Made by a program: the position numbers and the translations under genes. Source: Octopus vulgaris (lineage: Eukaryota). From it: 64,000 nucleotides of DNA. Numbering within the stretch: position 1 is the stretch's first letter; every line of letters begins with the position of its first letter. The notes beneath the pieces are model-generated. The model was given only the letters and a program-made list of their open reading frames with translations. It was not told the DNA's origin and ran no database searches. The stretch covers positions 115,010,001 through 115,074,000 of the forward strand of contig OX597816.1 in the NCBI GenBank assembly GCA_951406725.2. Direction: 5' to 3'. Positions 1-13,753 of this stretch are shown here, piece by piece.

Positions 1-205
1 CAACATGAAGAAAATTCTAACTGGCCCCCACCTGCAAGGTCATGTATTGTTTATCATGATTAGAGATCACTATGTCACACACACATATAGTTGGGATGAA
101 TATGACTGATGTACCCTTATCAGGCAGGTAGTCATGATAGGTATACTGGGCTTCGTATATTTTCCCCAATGTCACTTTGATGGCATGCACTGCTCCCTCA
201 CTCAA
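1..205 (+). mobile_element. 3' end of non-coding (TAA)n-associated element 'family X', probably an R4/Dong 3' UTR; cut by the window start
   Basis: Highly similar to 1067-1265 and 24410-24605; ends CTCACTC followed by (AAT)n. Confidence 0.75.
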
Positions 206-228
206 TAATAAATATGATAATAATAATG

Positions 229-295
<67 letters not shown>

Positions 296-311
296 TGATG
301 ATGATGATGAT
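204..311 (+). repeat. (AAT)n/(GAT)n microsatellite
   Basis: Direct reading. Confidence 0.97.
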
Positions 312-727
312 GAGATAAAGAACAGGAAGCCAGACATTGTATTACTTGAGAAAGAAAGCAAGCAATGCTGGATCATAGATATAGCATGCCCAGCTGTCAT
401 CAAGGTATGCAATAAGGAAGAAAGAAAAGTCGATAGATATGACAGGTTAGCTCGGGAGGCTAAGCAGTTGTGGTTGCTGAACAAGGTGGTAGTAGTACCA
501 ATAATTGTTGGAGCCCTGGGAACAGTGAGTAAAAATATTGAGAAGTACATGGAACAAATAGGGGCTGCAATAAGGATGGGGCACTTGTAGAAAACAGCAC
601 TGCTTGGAAATGCTAGAATACTCTAGATGGTGCTCGAAAAACAAGTGGTGTTACCTTAGTTCACTGGTAGTGAACAGCTGGCACTATAGTTCCTCTCCAG
701 CATTAGAAGCTGTGCAAAGACAATATG
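310..727 (+). mobile_element. 5'-truncated R4/Dong-like non-LTR retrotransposon: REL endonuclease plus 3' UTR
   Basis: Translates as RKPDIVLLEK..CWIIDIACP..KVDRYDRL..VVPIIVGALG..KTALLGNARIL (PD..D and K..Y..L REL motifs) with in-frame stops; AAT/GAT tracts on both sides. Confidence 0.88.
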
Positions 728-744
728 TAATAATAATAATAATG

Positions 745-784
<40 letters not shown>

Positions 785-1265
785 GTTTTGTCTTGGTATA
801 AAAGATGGGCTACAGCAAATATTCTGCTCAATACCACAGATTTGCTTGTCAGTTGTTTGACCTTAACCAGTTAAGCATGTCCCTTAGTGACTGACGATAT
901 GTGCATCTCTGATCACGAGCAGAAGTAGTGGGGGAGCATCATAGCCATGTGTTGAGAGGGATTCTTTGGGGTTTGGATAATTCACCTTTGGAAACATGGG
1001 TGTTTCGTTCAACGTCCTTAAACAACCCTTATTCAGGGACCTTTTGAGCGGGATGGGTTACTCGATCTGAAGAAAATTCTAACTGGGCTCCACCTGCAAG
1101 GTCATGTGCTGTTTATCTTGATATGAGATCACCATGTTGCGCACATATGGTTGTGATGCATGTGCCTGGTGTACCCTTATCAGACGGGTAGTCATGATGG
1201 GTATACTGGGCTTTGTATATTTTACCCCAGTGTCACTTTGATGGCATGCTCTGCTCGCTCACTCA
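785..1265 (+). mobile_element. Family X long non-coding 3' segment inserted in (AAT)n
   Basis: Colinear with 24129-24605; (AAT)n on both sides. Confidence 0.8.
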
Positions 1266-1322
1266 ATAATAATAATAATAATAATAATAACAATAATAAT
1301 AATACTTATAATAATAATAATC

Positions 1323-1770
1323 CCTTCTACTATAGGCACAAGGCCTGAAATTTTTGATACAAAGCAAGCAATTTTAGTGGTGGATAAGTCAATTACATCG
1401 ACCTCAAAGTTACACTGGTACTTAATTTATTGACCCTGAAAGGGTGACAGGCCAAGTTGACCTTGGTGGAATTTGAACTCAGAAAATATAGTGCCAGAAG
1501 AAATGCTGCTTGGCATTATGTCTGGTGTGTTAATGATTTTGCCAACTTACTACTACTACTACTTTCTTTTATTTCCCATAGCGATTTCGAGGCAGAGCAT
1601 AAATTGATTACACCAAATCACAGAGTTTAACAGGTACCTATTTTATCCATCTCTGCAATGATGAAAGGAAAAGTTGACCTCGGCAGAATTTGAACTCAGA
1701 ATGTAAAGATGGACAAAATATGACCAAACATTTTACCTGGTGTGCTAACAATTCTGCCGGCTCACTTCCT
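1323..1770 (-). mobile_element. Two degraded tRNA-derived SINEs with Nin-type central domain
   Basis: Reverse complement contains B-box GAGTTCAAATTC and the TTTCATCC...ATAAA..AGTACCAG core. Confidence 0.8.
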
Positions 1771-3091
1771 CATTTCTTCTATACATTAACAGCTGTTTCA
1801 TAATCTGTCAACATATGGGATAAATATTTCATCTCTCATTTCTTTGAATTTTGGTTAATTATTATATAATCTCCACCATTGTGATTCTTGCATTTTCAGA
1901 AGGACAATAAGATTAACTTTATAGCCTTATCTCAACTAGCAGAAATCTTATCCTCAGTTCTATTTTATCCTTTGAATTTCTATGCCTGTTAATACACACA
2001 CACACACACACACATGTATGTATGTATGTATGTATGTATGAATATCTTTAAATATGAAAAGGAAATAGCTTGAAGTATATAAACAAAATTGAATGCACAT
2101 ACAACGGTGTGTGTGTTGTAAGTTCGTGGATTGGTTGTGTTTTAGACATAAGAGAACATATTCTCAATATGCTTGGTGTTGAAAACACCTGAAAGTAAGT
2201 CATAGGTATGCAGCATTGAAAAGCCATAATGACAAAACATCATTGCCTGTCATTCTGGAAAGGGACCTGATGTGAGTTGCCTCGCTTGCCTATGACTTAA
2301 TTTCAGGTACTTTGAACACCAGGTACATTGTGTATATATTCTCTTATGCCTAACAACACACACACACCTTGTGTGTGTATGTTCTATTTTGGAACAAGAA
2401 CCCAGACAGATGACAATAAACCATCCAAACAGATAGATGATACAAAGACGGACAGGAGAGACAAAAAGAGACAGAGGGGTAAAAAAACATTTGCAGCCTT
2501 CTCTCATCAGTCAAATTTCCAGATCATCCTTACAGTTTTGGCCAGTTACACTTAAGACTTCAAATCTGACTAGCCCCAAAAATCTAAACTAAAGGCTTTA
2601 AATTTTGAGGAAGAAAATATGCAAGTGTGTAGAACAACAAAGACAAAAAGAAGGAGAAATACAAACATACATGCACATATATATATGACAAATTTCTGCA
2701 GTAATCTGATTCAAAGAATTGAACCCTAAATTAGATAGCTGCAAAAAAGAAATTCTTAATCGCATAGCTATGCCAGCTAAAATGTATGATCTTCCTAATA
2801 AATAAATATAGGGTCATGCAGAAGGTTATGATGCAAAACAAAAAGTGTAGGTGGTGACTTTGCAAGTCCATAGATACATGGTTTGAAACAATATGTCTTG
2901 GTAATGTTTCTTGGGTGGGGGGAGAGAAGAGGGTACTATCAATAAACAACAGCAATAACACAATCATCCTTACCTTATATTTGAATATTTGAGTATGCAT
3001 TTACACACATGCACACATATATATACACACACATGCACACACACACATATATACACACATATGCACACACACATATACACAGACAAACATG

Positions 3092-3141
<50 letters not shown>

Positions 3142-3709
3142 TAGATAGATAGATACATGTTGTGTACGTGTGTGTATGTATAAACGTACAAATATACGTT
3201 TGGTTTGCGAATGTGTTGATAAATGCTATATAAACTATTTACCTATTAACCTTCATTGCTCCTACTAAAGAAACACACTTTAACTACAACTACCACTGAT
3301 ACTGCTGCTACTGCTGCCGCTACTACTGCTGCTGCTGTTACCACTGCTGTTGCCCTACCTCAAGTCAAATATAAACTAATGGGACCCTGAACAACAATAA
3401 CATAAGGTCTATAGTGATATCACCCTACCCAAACTCAACCCCTACCTTCTCTGCTGCCATTTCAATAACACAAGCTCTCAATCTCTCCTGCCCCACTTAG
3501 ATAATCCAGACTCCTGAAAGAAGGAAGCGGTATTGAATAAACAAGTATGTCTGTTTGGCACTATAGCAATGTAATAAAACATAGAATGGTAAGTAGTTAA
3601 CTTGGCACCAACCATCTCAGCCCTTCTCTTCCAGAGAGCTTTCGAGGACAGAGGGCATAGAATGAATATTTTAATGACTGATTGCCTTTCTGCCAGTTTG
3701 TATGTATAA

Positions 3710-3774
<65 letters not shown>

Positions 3775-3832
3775 CATATATACATACATACATACAAACA
3801 CACACACACATATATATATGTATATATACATG

Positions 3833-3876
<44 letters not shown>

Positions 3877-3932
3877 TGTATATATATATATATATATACA
3901 CACACGCACACACACATATACATATGGATTCG

Positions 3933-3967
<35 letters not shown>

Positions 3968-3993
3968 TAGATAGATAGATAGATAGATATACA

Positions 3994-4320
3994 TAAAGGG
4001 TAAAGACTACCTTCAATCATGAATGACTATAGGACTGTGCCTAGAAAGTTCCCCTTCAAGGCACATGTCTCGGCAAGGTGGAAGTCCTGCAGTCACCCAT
4101 GCGTATAAATCTCCCCTCTCCATGCCACCAATGTTGTCCAAGGAAAAGGCAAAGGTGGATACACCTTGGTGCCAGTTATGTTGCAACACATTTTTACATG
4201 TGAGTTAACTAAAGCATCATTAAATAAAGTGTCTTGCTCAAGAACACAACTCACAACCTAGTCTGGGAATTGAAGTCACAACCTCATGATTGAAAGCTTG
4301 ACACCCTAACCACCGAACTA
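3994..4320 (-). mobile_element. tRNA-headed CORE-like SINE
   Basis: Reverse complement shows A/B-box head and GTGTTCTTGAGCAAGACACTT core. Confidence 0.6.
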
Positions 4321-4552
4321 TAAATTGCAATTAGTAACATGAGATTAATGAATATTTTTATGGTTTGTTGGACTGAATTCAGTTCTTCTGATGAAACAGG
4401 CAGTCTGCAAAGAGACTAGCATCCTATCAAAGGAGAGATTCATCAATCTATTGGTAACTACTGAAACTGGGAGTGGGCACTGCATGCAGGCATTATATTG
4501 GTACAGATAAGCATCAGTCTTGTGAACAGTAGAGTTACAAATAGATTCCAGC

Positions 4553-5530
4553 CTGATGGATTATAGTGGCACAAATAGATAGTAGGTCTATGGATTACAA
4601 CAGTAGAAATATACACAAGGCCAATAGATTATAATGGCATAAATAGACACTAGATCTATGGATAATAATGGTACAAAGATACAGCAGATCTCTTTGGATT
4701 ATAAGGACTCAAATAGACATATTTCTGATGGATCATAGTGGCACAGATGGATGTTAGATTCATGGATTCATCATTATCATCCTCATCAGTTAATGTTTGT
4801 TTTCCATGCTGGCATGAGTTGGATGGTTTTATAGGAGCTGGCAGAGGACTGCACCAAATTCCACTGTCTGCTTGGGTCTAGTTTTCTACAGCTTACCACT
4901 TAACTGAGTTCACTGGAGGCTTTTTTTACATGGCACCAGCACCAGTGAGGTCATCAAGTAACTTGCAAGACAAAGATAGCCTCAATTGAGAATGGGGAAT
5001 GGTATAGAGCAAGGTGGCTTTGTGCCAGGTGATGTGAGATTAAACTATGATAGAGGGACAGAAACAGGTATTATGTTGTAGAGAAGATACATCATACATG
5101 GTCAGTCAGAGGGAGGAAGAGAGATAGATAGAGAGAGAGAGAGGGAGAGGGTATGGTAAAAATAGATGCCAGGTCAGACACTGGTGCCTACAAACAGGTA
5201 CCAGACCTTTGAATTATTGTGTATATATAGACATTTAACAACCCTATGGAATATAATGGCACAAATAGGTGCCATGGATTATAGTGGTATAGTGGTACAA
5301 ATGCACACCTATTTATGAATCTTTGTGGTGAGATTAAACTATGATAGGACAGAAAAATTTCTTACTGTAGAAGAGGTACATGGTTACCCCATTCAGCGGT
5401 AGAGAGAGAGAGAGAGATAACATCTCTATGGATTATAAATGGATAAATAGAAATGCAATCAATATCCTAGTGGTACAATTAGACATTAGATCTACAGATT
5501 ATCAGACTACAAGTGGGTAATAGCTCGATG
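4553..5530 (+). repeat. Degenerate ~34-bp minisatellite interrupted by RTE 3' fragments
   Basis: Recurring ATGGATTATAATGGCACAAATAGA-like unit at ~34-bp spacing. Confidence 0.6.
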
Positions 5531-6262
5531 GGTCCACATAAGGGGGAAAATGAATGAAAATAATTAGCTTTCTTAACACTAAACCTTTTCCAATTTTTTT
5601 TTTTCTAGAAGTTAATTTCTGTAAATGAGAGAATCTTTGATTCAGACAGAATTAATAATATTTGTCTGCTACATAGAGACTTTTAAGTGAGTTTGGAAAT
5701 GAATCAGGGAAGAAAGGAAAAGAAAGAAAGAAGCTGAAATTATATAAACTTGAGTTATATACACTTTAAGTCATATCTTTTTTGTTTGTTATTTTTATTT
5801 ATTTTTATCCCTTTTCACATATGAATCTGTTGGCTCCCATCCTCATCTCCAGTAAAAGCTATTGAAAAGCAGGAATAAACACACATAGTAAACTAACACT
5901 ACATACTTTCACTCAGTAAATCTTACTTGCATCTGTTTCTTTCAATTTGGTTTGTAGAATAAAGTAGAAAAGAGATATTCAGACTATAATAGTGTGTGCC
6001 AATATTTACCAGTCCCTTTTGAACTGGATACTTTCTGTTAATATAAAAGTGTGCTGACAAGAATTAAAGAAAAATATATCAAAGAAACAAACTTTCTTCA
6101 TGTAAACTTCTTTCTTTCTTTCTTTCTTTGTTTTTCTTTTATTTTTTGTACTTAGTCTTTATTCCGTTTTATTTATTTTTACAGCAAATGTATGTAGAAA
6201 TTGTCTAATAATAATAGCAATAACGAAATAACAGTGACAACAACGACAGCGTAAATAACAGC

Positions 6263-6703
<441 letters not shown>

Positions 6704-7099
6704 GCCTAGCAAAATATAGAAGTAGTTGAATGAAGAGTGCTTGGAAATGTTTATAAACAACTTCTCAGTTTGTGTTTAAATCTCTATAAACAGTTTCAAG
6801 TGGAGCAACAGACACACAGACAAACAGGCAGACATAAAATTGCTAGACAGCCTTATATGTACAAGTTGATTACTTTCTAACAAAGATCTGGTAATGAAAT
6901 AGAGCTCATTGAATTTTCAGTAATCTTCTTAAGGGGCCGAAAATCTATATACTTAATAAAGAATCATATCCTAGATTTTACATCAAAATAAATGGAAATT
7001 TAAGAAATGTATATTGTACTTCTTGTCTGCAAGTCTGCTGCCTGTAACTTTAATATACATTATACACATGTGTATTTCCATGTATGCCCAGGTAGTGGC

Positions 7100-7502
7100 C
7101 AGTGCTGAATTAACCATTAAGCAAAATAAGCACGTGCTTAGGGCCTCAAGGGAAGGAGGGGACACCACAGAAATGGTAAATGGTTTATGGTACAAAAGAA
7201 ATCACTTTAAACTTTCTAAAATAATATTCGGGATGCCCTTATCTCTACTAAGTATAGATGCAGATGTGTTACCTAAGATTAATTTTGAGGATCGGATCAA
7301 AGACTTTGCAATTCAAAAATGTGGGAGGAAACTTTCAAATATAAATAAAGAGAATGTATACAAAAATAAACATTATTTTCCCTCTTACTGTTTTGTTTCA
7401 TTTTGGAAAATAAAAATTTATTTTATGGTTTGTTATTATTTATATAGGGGCACCAAAATTTTTTAAGTGCTTAGGGCCGCGATGGGTCGTAATCCAGTCC
7501 TG
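7100..7502 (+). mobile_element. hAT-derived non-autonomous element (MITE)
   Basis: TIRs CAGTGCTGAATTA / TAATCCAGTCCTG; perfect 8-bp TSD GTAGTGGC (7092-7099, 7503-7510); internal hAT C-terminal relic LSLLSIDADVLPKINFEDRIKDFA. Confidence 0.88.
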
Positions 7503-7694
7503 GTAGTGGCATAGCTAATAGGGGGGAGTGACCACTCTTCTCAAGCAAATTTTTCAAAATTGGCACCTTTTCAGCATCTTTTTCACATCACATCTATCTC
7601 AGTAGTTGTAATGACATTGTTACTGAAATGTAAAATTAATGAATGTAGAATACAATTACATATACTATAGCTAATGAATATTTCTTATTTATCC

Positions 7695-7880
7695 TTTAAC
7701 TTCTGCTTGTTTCAGCCACCTGACTGCGGCCATGCTGGGGCACCACCTTGAAGGGGTTTTAGTTGAACAAATCAACCCCAGGACTTATTGTTTTATAAAC
7801 CTGGTGCTTATTCTATCGGTCTCTTTTTGCCAAACTGCTAAGTTACGGGGATGTAATGCACCAACACTAGTTGTCAAGCT
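7695..7880 (-). mobile_element. Fragment of a second abundant SINE family (other copies 32455-32620 and 54310-54520)
   Basis: Shared GTTTCAG.CA..TGACTG.GGCCATGCTGG.GCACC segment in three copies. Confidence 0.65.
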
Positions 7881-9114
7881 GAAAATTCCTTTAAATCAAA
7901 CTTCAGTTTTGAAAATCAGGATCACATAAGTAATAGATGTACTCTGTCTTTAATAATATTGGCTGTCAGAGTTAGAGTATCTTTGATCATATGTTTGTGA
8001 ATCAACGATGACAAAAGGTACATATAAAAGATTGAGCCAATAGAAAACCCTCCATGTGGTCACTCGGCACATTAGAAGTAGCAGTCAAAATTTCTACTAA
8101 ACCATATTCTGTCTATTCCTGGTTTGTCTTTCACTACATACACTTTGTTAACTGTGATCAAGTGAACCCATGATTAAAGGTGTTCCAACAGTGATCGTCC
8201 AATTTTAAAAAAGAATAAAGACACTGGATAATTAAATGAAGCAGTCAGAACAGGATCATCTTTGCTCAATCAGAACTAAACTAAAAAGAAACAAAACAAA
8301 AAAAATAAGAAAACATGAAAGGCACTGGAAATGTATATTGTAAATATGATTGACTGATTCTTCTCACCACAGCTCATAAATGCCTGTAAATGTAGTCAAT
8401 AATCATTTAGTCATTGAAGTAATAGAAATGGTACCACAATACACTAAACACTTTACATTATTTAGCTTTTGTTTTTTACCCATGTCTTGATTTTGAAATC
8501 CCATAGGTTTGATTTTGTCTTTTATCCCCTTACGCTTAATGAAATAACAATCAGGCATATATTGGCATTAAATCAATTTGCTTTACACTTCTATTAAAAG
8601 TTAATCAATTGTGCCAACATAAAAAGTCAATATTACTAAGAACTATAACTATTTCCTACTTGTTTGTATTTTTTTATAGTTTTACATTTATTTGTTAATT
8701 ATATGTATTATGTGTTGGGTAGTTTTAGAAATATTTTTGTTAGTATCTGTCTTCCTTTTTTTCATCTTCACTTGAACTCACACTACTCAACGTGACACCA
8801 AGTGCAGAAAAACAAAACATTTACATCAAAGGTCTTACTATCTCCTTTGCTCTGTATGAGTGCTACAAATATCTGTGTATTGATTAAAATATATTTCACT
8901 AGAGCAATGAGAATGATGGAAGAGTGACCAAAGAATATAAGTCCACACTTTTAAAGCAATATAGAACTCAAAATTTACCCCTTTCAATATCACACTATCT
9001 CATAGAGTATTTTGCCATACTGGTACTGATACCAACAGACAAAAGATAAGTTCCTATTTCCTATCGACCAGTTCATAGATAATATTTGACCCATTGATAT
9101 GAAAATCCAAAATA

Positions 9115-9323
9115 CTTTTTTCTACTATAGGCACAAGGTTTGAAATTATGGGGGTGGGGGCCAGCTGATTAGATTGACCCCAGTATGCAACTGATACTTA
9201 ATTTATTGACCCCAAAAGGATGAAAGGCAAAGTTGACATCAGAAGAATTTGAAAGAACATAAAGACAGGCGAAATACTGCTAAGCATTTCGCCCAGCATG
9301 CTGTTTCTGCTGCTCACCACCTT
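9115..9323 (-). mobile_element. Full-length tRNA/Nin-domain SINE
   Basis: Head, Nin-type core and tail present; degenerate TSD AAAAT/CCCAAAATA. Confidence 0.85.
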
Positions 9324-9619
9324 AAAACCCAAAATATTCTGACATTAATAAAATAGTAATATTGGCAGGCTCTTTCTCAGAAGAAACGTGTGGGGAAGAA
9401 GGCTTAAGGTCAGCACTGACAGCCTTTGAGTGGTGTATGTCATCATTTAGATAACATTTGCTAAGCAACAAGAAAAAGTAAATTTACTAAATGTTGATAA
9501 GTGTAGAGAACAACATATTATGGGCCAGTTGGAACTTCTCAAAAAGTATTGATTTTTACTTTGCAATCATCTCCTATAGGACCACAGAATTGCTGAACTA
9601 ACATAAACTAAACTGGTGC

Positions 9620-9850
9620 TTTGTCACTTATGACAATGAGGGTTCCACTTCATCCATCAACAGGACAGCCTACTCATGAAATTAATGTGCAAGTGGCTGA
9701 GCACTCCACAGACATGTGTGACATTAGTGTTGTTCTCAGGGAACTTCAGTGTGACACAGTATGTGAGAAGGCTGGTCTTTTGAAATACAAGTACAACTCA
9801 GCTTTGCCAACTGAGTGGATTGGATCAATGTGGATCATTGGTACTGGGAA
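9620..9850 (-). mobile_element. CORE-type SINE fragment (same family as 16565-16840)
   Basis: Reverse-complement similarity to 16660-16840. Confidence 0.6.
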
Positions 9851-10046
9851 TGTACTTGTTTGGTAAGTGACATTTAAAACCAATATGTTTATCCTTCTAT
9901 GAGGGTAAACATACCTCAAAGTACTATTAACAGAAGTAAAAAATATGAATAATGATAATAAATTGAATAAATATATAAATATATATATACAAGATGGAGA
10001 GAAAACAGAGTATTTAATCTGAATGTGTCTCCTGGCCCATTTATTG

Positions 10047-10172
10047 GATTCCAAATCTTGACACAAAGCCAGCAATTTCAGGGGAGGGGGCAAGTCGATT
10101 ACATCGACCTCAGTACACAACTGGTACTTATTTTATCAACCTTGAATGGATGAAAGGTAAAGTCAACCTCGG
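10047..10172 (-). mobile_element. Partial tRNA/Nin-domain SINE
   Basis: Core and tail only. Confidence 0.75.
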
Positions 10173-11789
10173 AATCCTTGGCCCATATATTAAAAGTCCA
10201 AAGAACAACAATTCAGTTAATTCCCAATTCCAAAATTAAAAGAAAAAGCACTGGCTAGTTCATAAAAGATATATTTCATATTGAAAGTAATAACTGCAGG
10301 TGTATTAAGGATTTTATGAAAGTAACAAATAGGAGAAAACAAATGTACTGGGGGGAAAAAGAAACAGAAAGGAAAAATTCTTGAATCTTATAAAACTCAC
10401 CTGTAACTGATTTTCAACAGACGCAGTGGATTATATTACTGAAGGGTGACTAAATATTTTTGACGCTTTATAGTAGGCTGCACTAATAAGAAATAAATGA
10501 AAACTGAATAGAATGATTTTCATGATCTTAAATGACTAAAATCTTTCTTTTACAGTGTAATTATCATATGTGTCTTTCCTGTTTTTTAAGATGCTAGTGT
10601 GCAATTTGAAATAAATTTGACTGCTATTTCTAGCACTTAGAGAATCATTTGTTGGTTTGAGCCTCTGATGTAAAGAATGCAGTCTATTTTATTTATTCTG
10701 GTTTATATTTATAGACATCAGAGAACTGAAAATTTTATTTCCCCTTGAAGGATTTGAACCCAGAACCAAGAAAAATAAAACTAAACACTCATTTTGCTTG
10801 GAATTCTACCACCATTCCAACTTCCTCTGTCCTAATTATAGTAGAACAACAAGAGTAATTGCAAGCATTAAAAATATAGTAACATACTTTCTTTTCAGAA
10901 TAAAGGTAATTTATATATAAATGTGTGTGTGTGTGTGTGTTGTGTGTGTGTGTATGAGCTACAGAAGCCAGCAAGAAATTTAAGTCTTATCTTCAGAAGA
11001 AATTTCCTTCCTTTCATCAGCTGGTATTTATTTTCATTTCACTAAACCCAACAACTTCAGCTTACAGAGCCAACAGTCTCTGAACTCAGGAAGATGAAAG
11101 ATTTTGTCTTTTTAATCCAATAAAATCCCTTAGAAGTTTCCTAAACCATAGTTAAATCCACCCTTTCTTGATGAATTACATCAAAAAAGTTGTTACTTTT
11201 ACCAGAAGAGCCATGAAATAAAGAGGAAATTGGAACTTATTTCTTCTCTGATAATATAGCTCTGTTTCTGCTTTTGTTTTGTTATTCATTTGCAACTATT
11301 CACCTTCGGTTACATCATTACTGATCTGCATCACTAATATTGTCTGAAAATTTCAGTCAACAGATATCAAAGGAGTTATTTCCTTTGTTTGTTGTTTTTA
11401 ACTTTTAAATACCCATAGAAAGAGTTTTATCTACCAATTACATATATAACCTCAGTTAACCAAAGTTTATCACCTAAGTATATTACAAGTGTGACACCCT
11501 ATAGTATTTGTATATCATATTCAAAATACTCCTCACTACGGTATTTCCCCACGTCCTCTTGTTGATATTCATAATCAGTGTCATTGCTTTGCCTCTATTT
11601 CTATATCTATTGATCACTTTTAGCATTGTCAATAGAGTAGTACATGCATTGAGGGAGCTTTATATGATTAAAACATCTCTGTAACTATCACCAGATCCAT
11701 TCCAATCTATATTGTCAATATTGTCCAAAAACATAGATCCACTGGTCTTATTGGCAATATCTTATTTAATTTTTATTATTTCTTGGACC

Positions 11790-12375
11790 ACCAACCATCC
11801 CAGTGGATGCCAGCTCCTGGTCAGTTCCAAGCAGTTGACCTTTTTGTGGGTGCCTGCCAGCATGCTGTAGACCAGTTTGACTTTTCCAAGCACCCTGACA
11901 TCTGAACATCTCCCCAGCTGAACTCTCGGCCCTTTGATGTCTCTGACGCTGCATGGACATAATCATAAAACTGGCCAACAAGGGTGGAGCCATGGTGGTG
12001 TGGCACGCGGACCTCTGCAAGATGGAAGCTCTCTGCTAACTTCAAGACACCTCCATCTATTGCCCTCTGCCCTCCAACCCCATGCCCAGCTACCAACAGA
12101 TTGTGTCCTCCATTACTCATGATCTCATCTCCTCCTTCCGTCTCCCCCCACTGCCTCTAACCTCACTGTCCACACCCCTTGCACTCCCACAATTTACTTC
12201 CTCCCCAAAATTCACAAACCTAATAACCCTGGCCACCCCATCTTCTCTGCCTGCAACTGCACCACTGAACTCATCTCCAGATATCTTGACCATGTCCTTG
12301 GCCCCCTAGTGGCTTCCCTTCCCTCTGACATCCATGAGACCAACCAAGCTCTTCATTTGTTCAACTCTTTCTCCT
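11790..12375 (+). pseudogene. Penelope-like element reverse transcriptase fragment (decayed)
   Basis: Manual translation: NISPAELSAL..IIIKLANKGGAMVVW (degenerate DKG motif) ..IYFLPKIHKPNNPGHPIFSACNCTTELISRYLDHVL..SDIHETNQAL; stops and a frameshift. Confidence 0.85.
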
Positions 12376-12379
12376 TATC

Positions 12380-12830
12380 ATACATAGCTGAAAAGAAGTC
12401 CATCAACACCTGGAAGATTTAGCATCAGAAAAGGAATCCCACTGCTATAGGTGTTAAAGAGTTTGAGAACTACAGGGTTACATACACTGAGTTGAAATGT
12501 ACTGGTAAATATGTGGAGCATGGAAGTCCTCTTCCTGAGAAGGTTGCAAAAGGGTCTCTTTTGTGTGACTTGTGATTGTGTCTGCTTCTCAAAGGTAGGC
12601 TTACTCATCCACAAGCATGGTCACAGAGTTGCTCCATTCTACCAGTATAATATCCAGCATGGTTTTTCAAGCACCTTGTGCAGCAGAGCATGTGGGTGAG
12701 CCAGGTCCCAACATCCAAATGGTCAGGCTGCTGTCACAAAGCTGACATGCAGTTGGTGTGGAATGACTTGTAAGTCTCTTGCAGGCCTTAAGAATCATAT
12801 AACACATCATCAGTGATGAGGAAACCAAAT
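12380..12830 (+). mobile_element. Two RTE-like LINE C-terminal fragments
   Basis: Terminal C2H2-like motifs CVTCDCVCFSKVGLLIHKH and CSWCGMTCKSLAGLKNHITHH. Confidence 0.55.
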
Positions 12831-13436
12831 ATGAAATGTTTCTGAGAGGGAAATCAGTCAAGGTGATGGTTTAACTTGGTTACAAGTTAACATTTACCAT
12901 GTACGCATGTATTTATGTGTATGTGTAAGTATGTAGGTATAAATGCACGAGAAAATGCTCATGTGTTTATATATTTGCATACTTATACGCTATGTAAATA
13001 AACCAGACAAAAAAGAAGAGGGAAACAGAACAAGCAAATAAACTTAACATGAACCAACATATGCATGTGCCACACACCTCATACACTCACTAGAAGCATC
13101 TCATACATATAGGTACACCACCACAATCACAGCCAAAAAAAAAAAAAAAAATAAGGTAGAGGGGTCTGCTGCTTTTCCTTAATCTTGATCTATTGAAGCT
13201 TCAAAGATGGTAAGTTATTCACAATAGGCTTAATCATCTTCCATTGTCAGACTAGCAGAAATCACATTCATGGATGTTAAGAGTATAACACGACCAGACG
13301 AAGCATATCCCTTCTTCATTCTGATCTTTTCATGGGTGGCATCATTGGTGGGGTGGAGTTTTTTTGGCACCACCCCACCAATGTAATATATAAACACATA
13401 CATATATATATATATATATATACACACATCCATACA

Positions 13437-13476
<40 letters not shown>

Positions 13477-13659
13477 ATATATGATAAATATACACACACA
13501 CATACACACACATATACACACATATATATACACACATACACACACATATATTTATATGTACGTATACACGTGTTGGTATGTGTGTATATACATATATCTA
13601 GAGATAAGTAGAAGATATAGACATACAGTTATATATGGAGACACACTATATAATATATA

Positions 13660-13753
<94 letters not shown>

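Noticed and set aside
2485-2515. Minus-strand CTGATGA-GAG..CT-GCAAATGT resembling a decayed HHR
   Set aside because: GAAA and the helices are not intact; at best an ancient relic
10401-10438. Minus-strand 38-nt segment with good acceptor and GTGAGT donor signals
   Set aside because: Stop codons in all three frames and no partner exons identified
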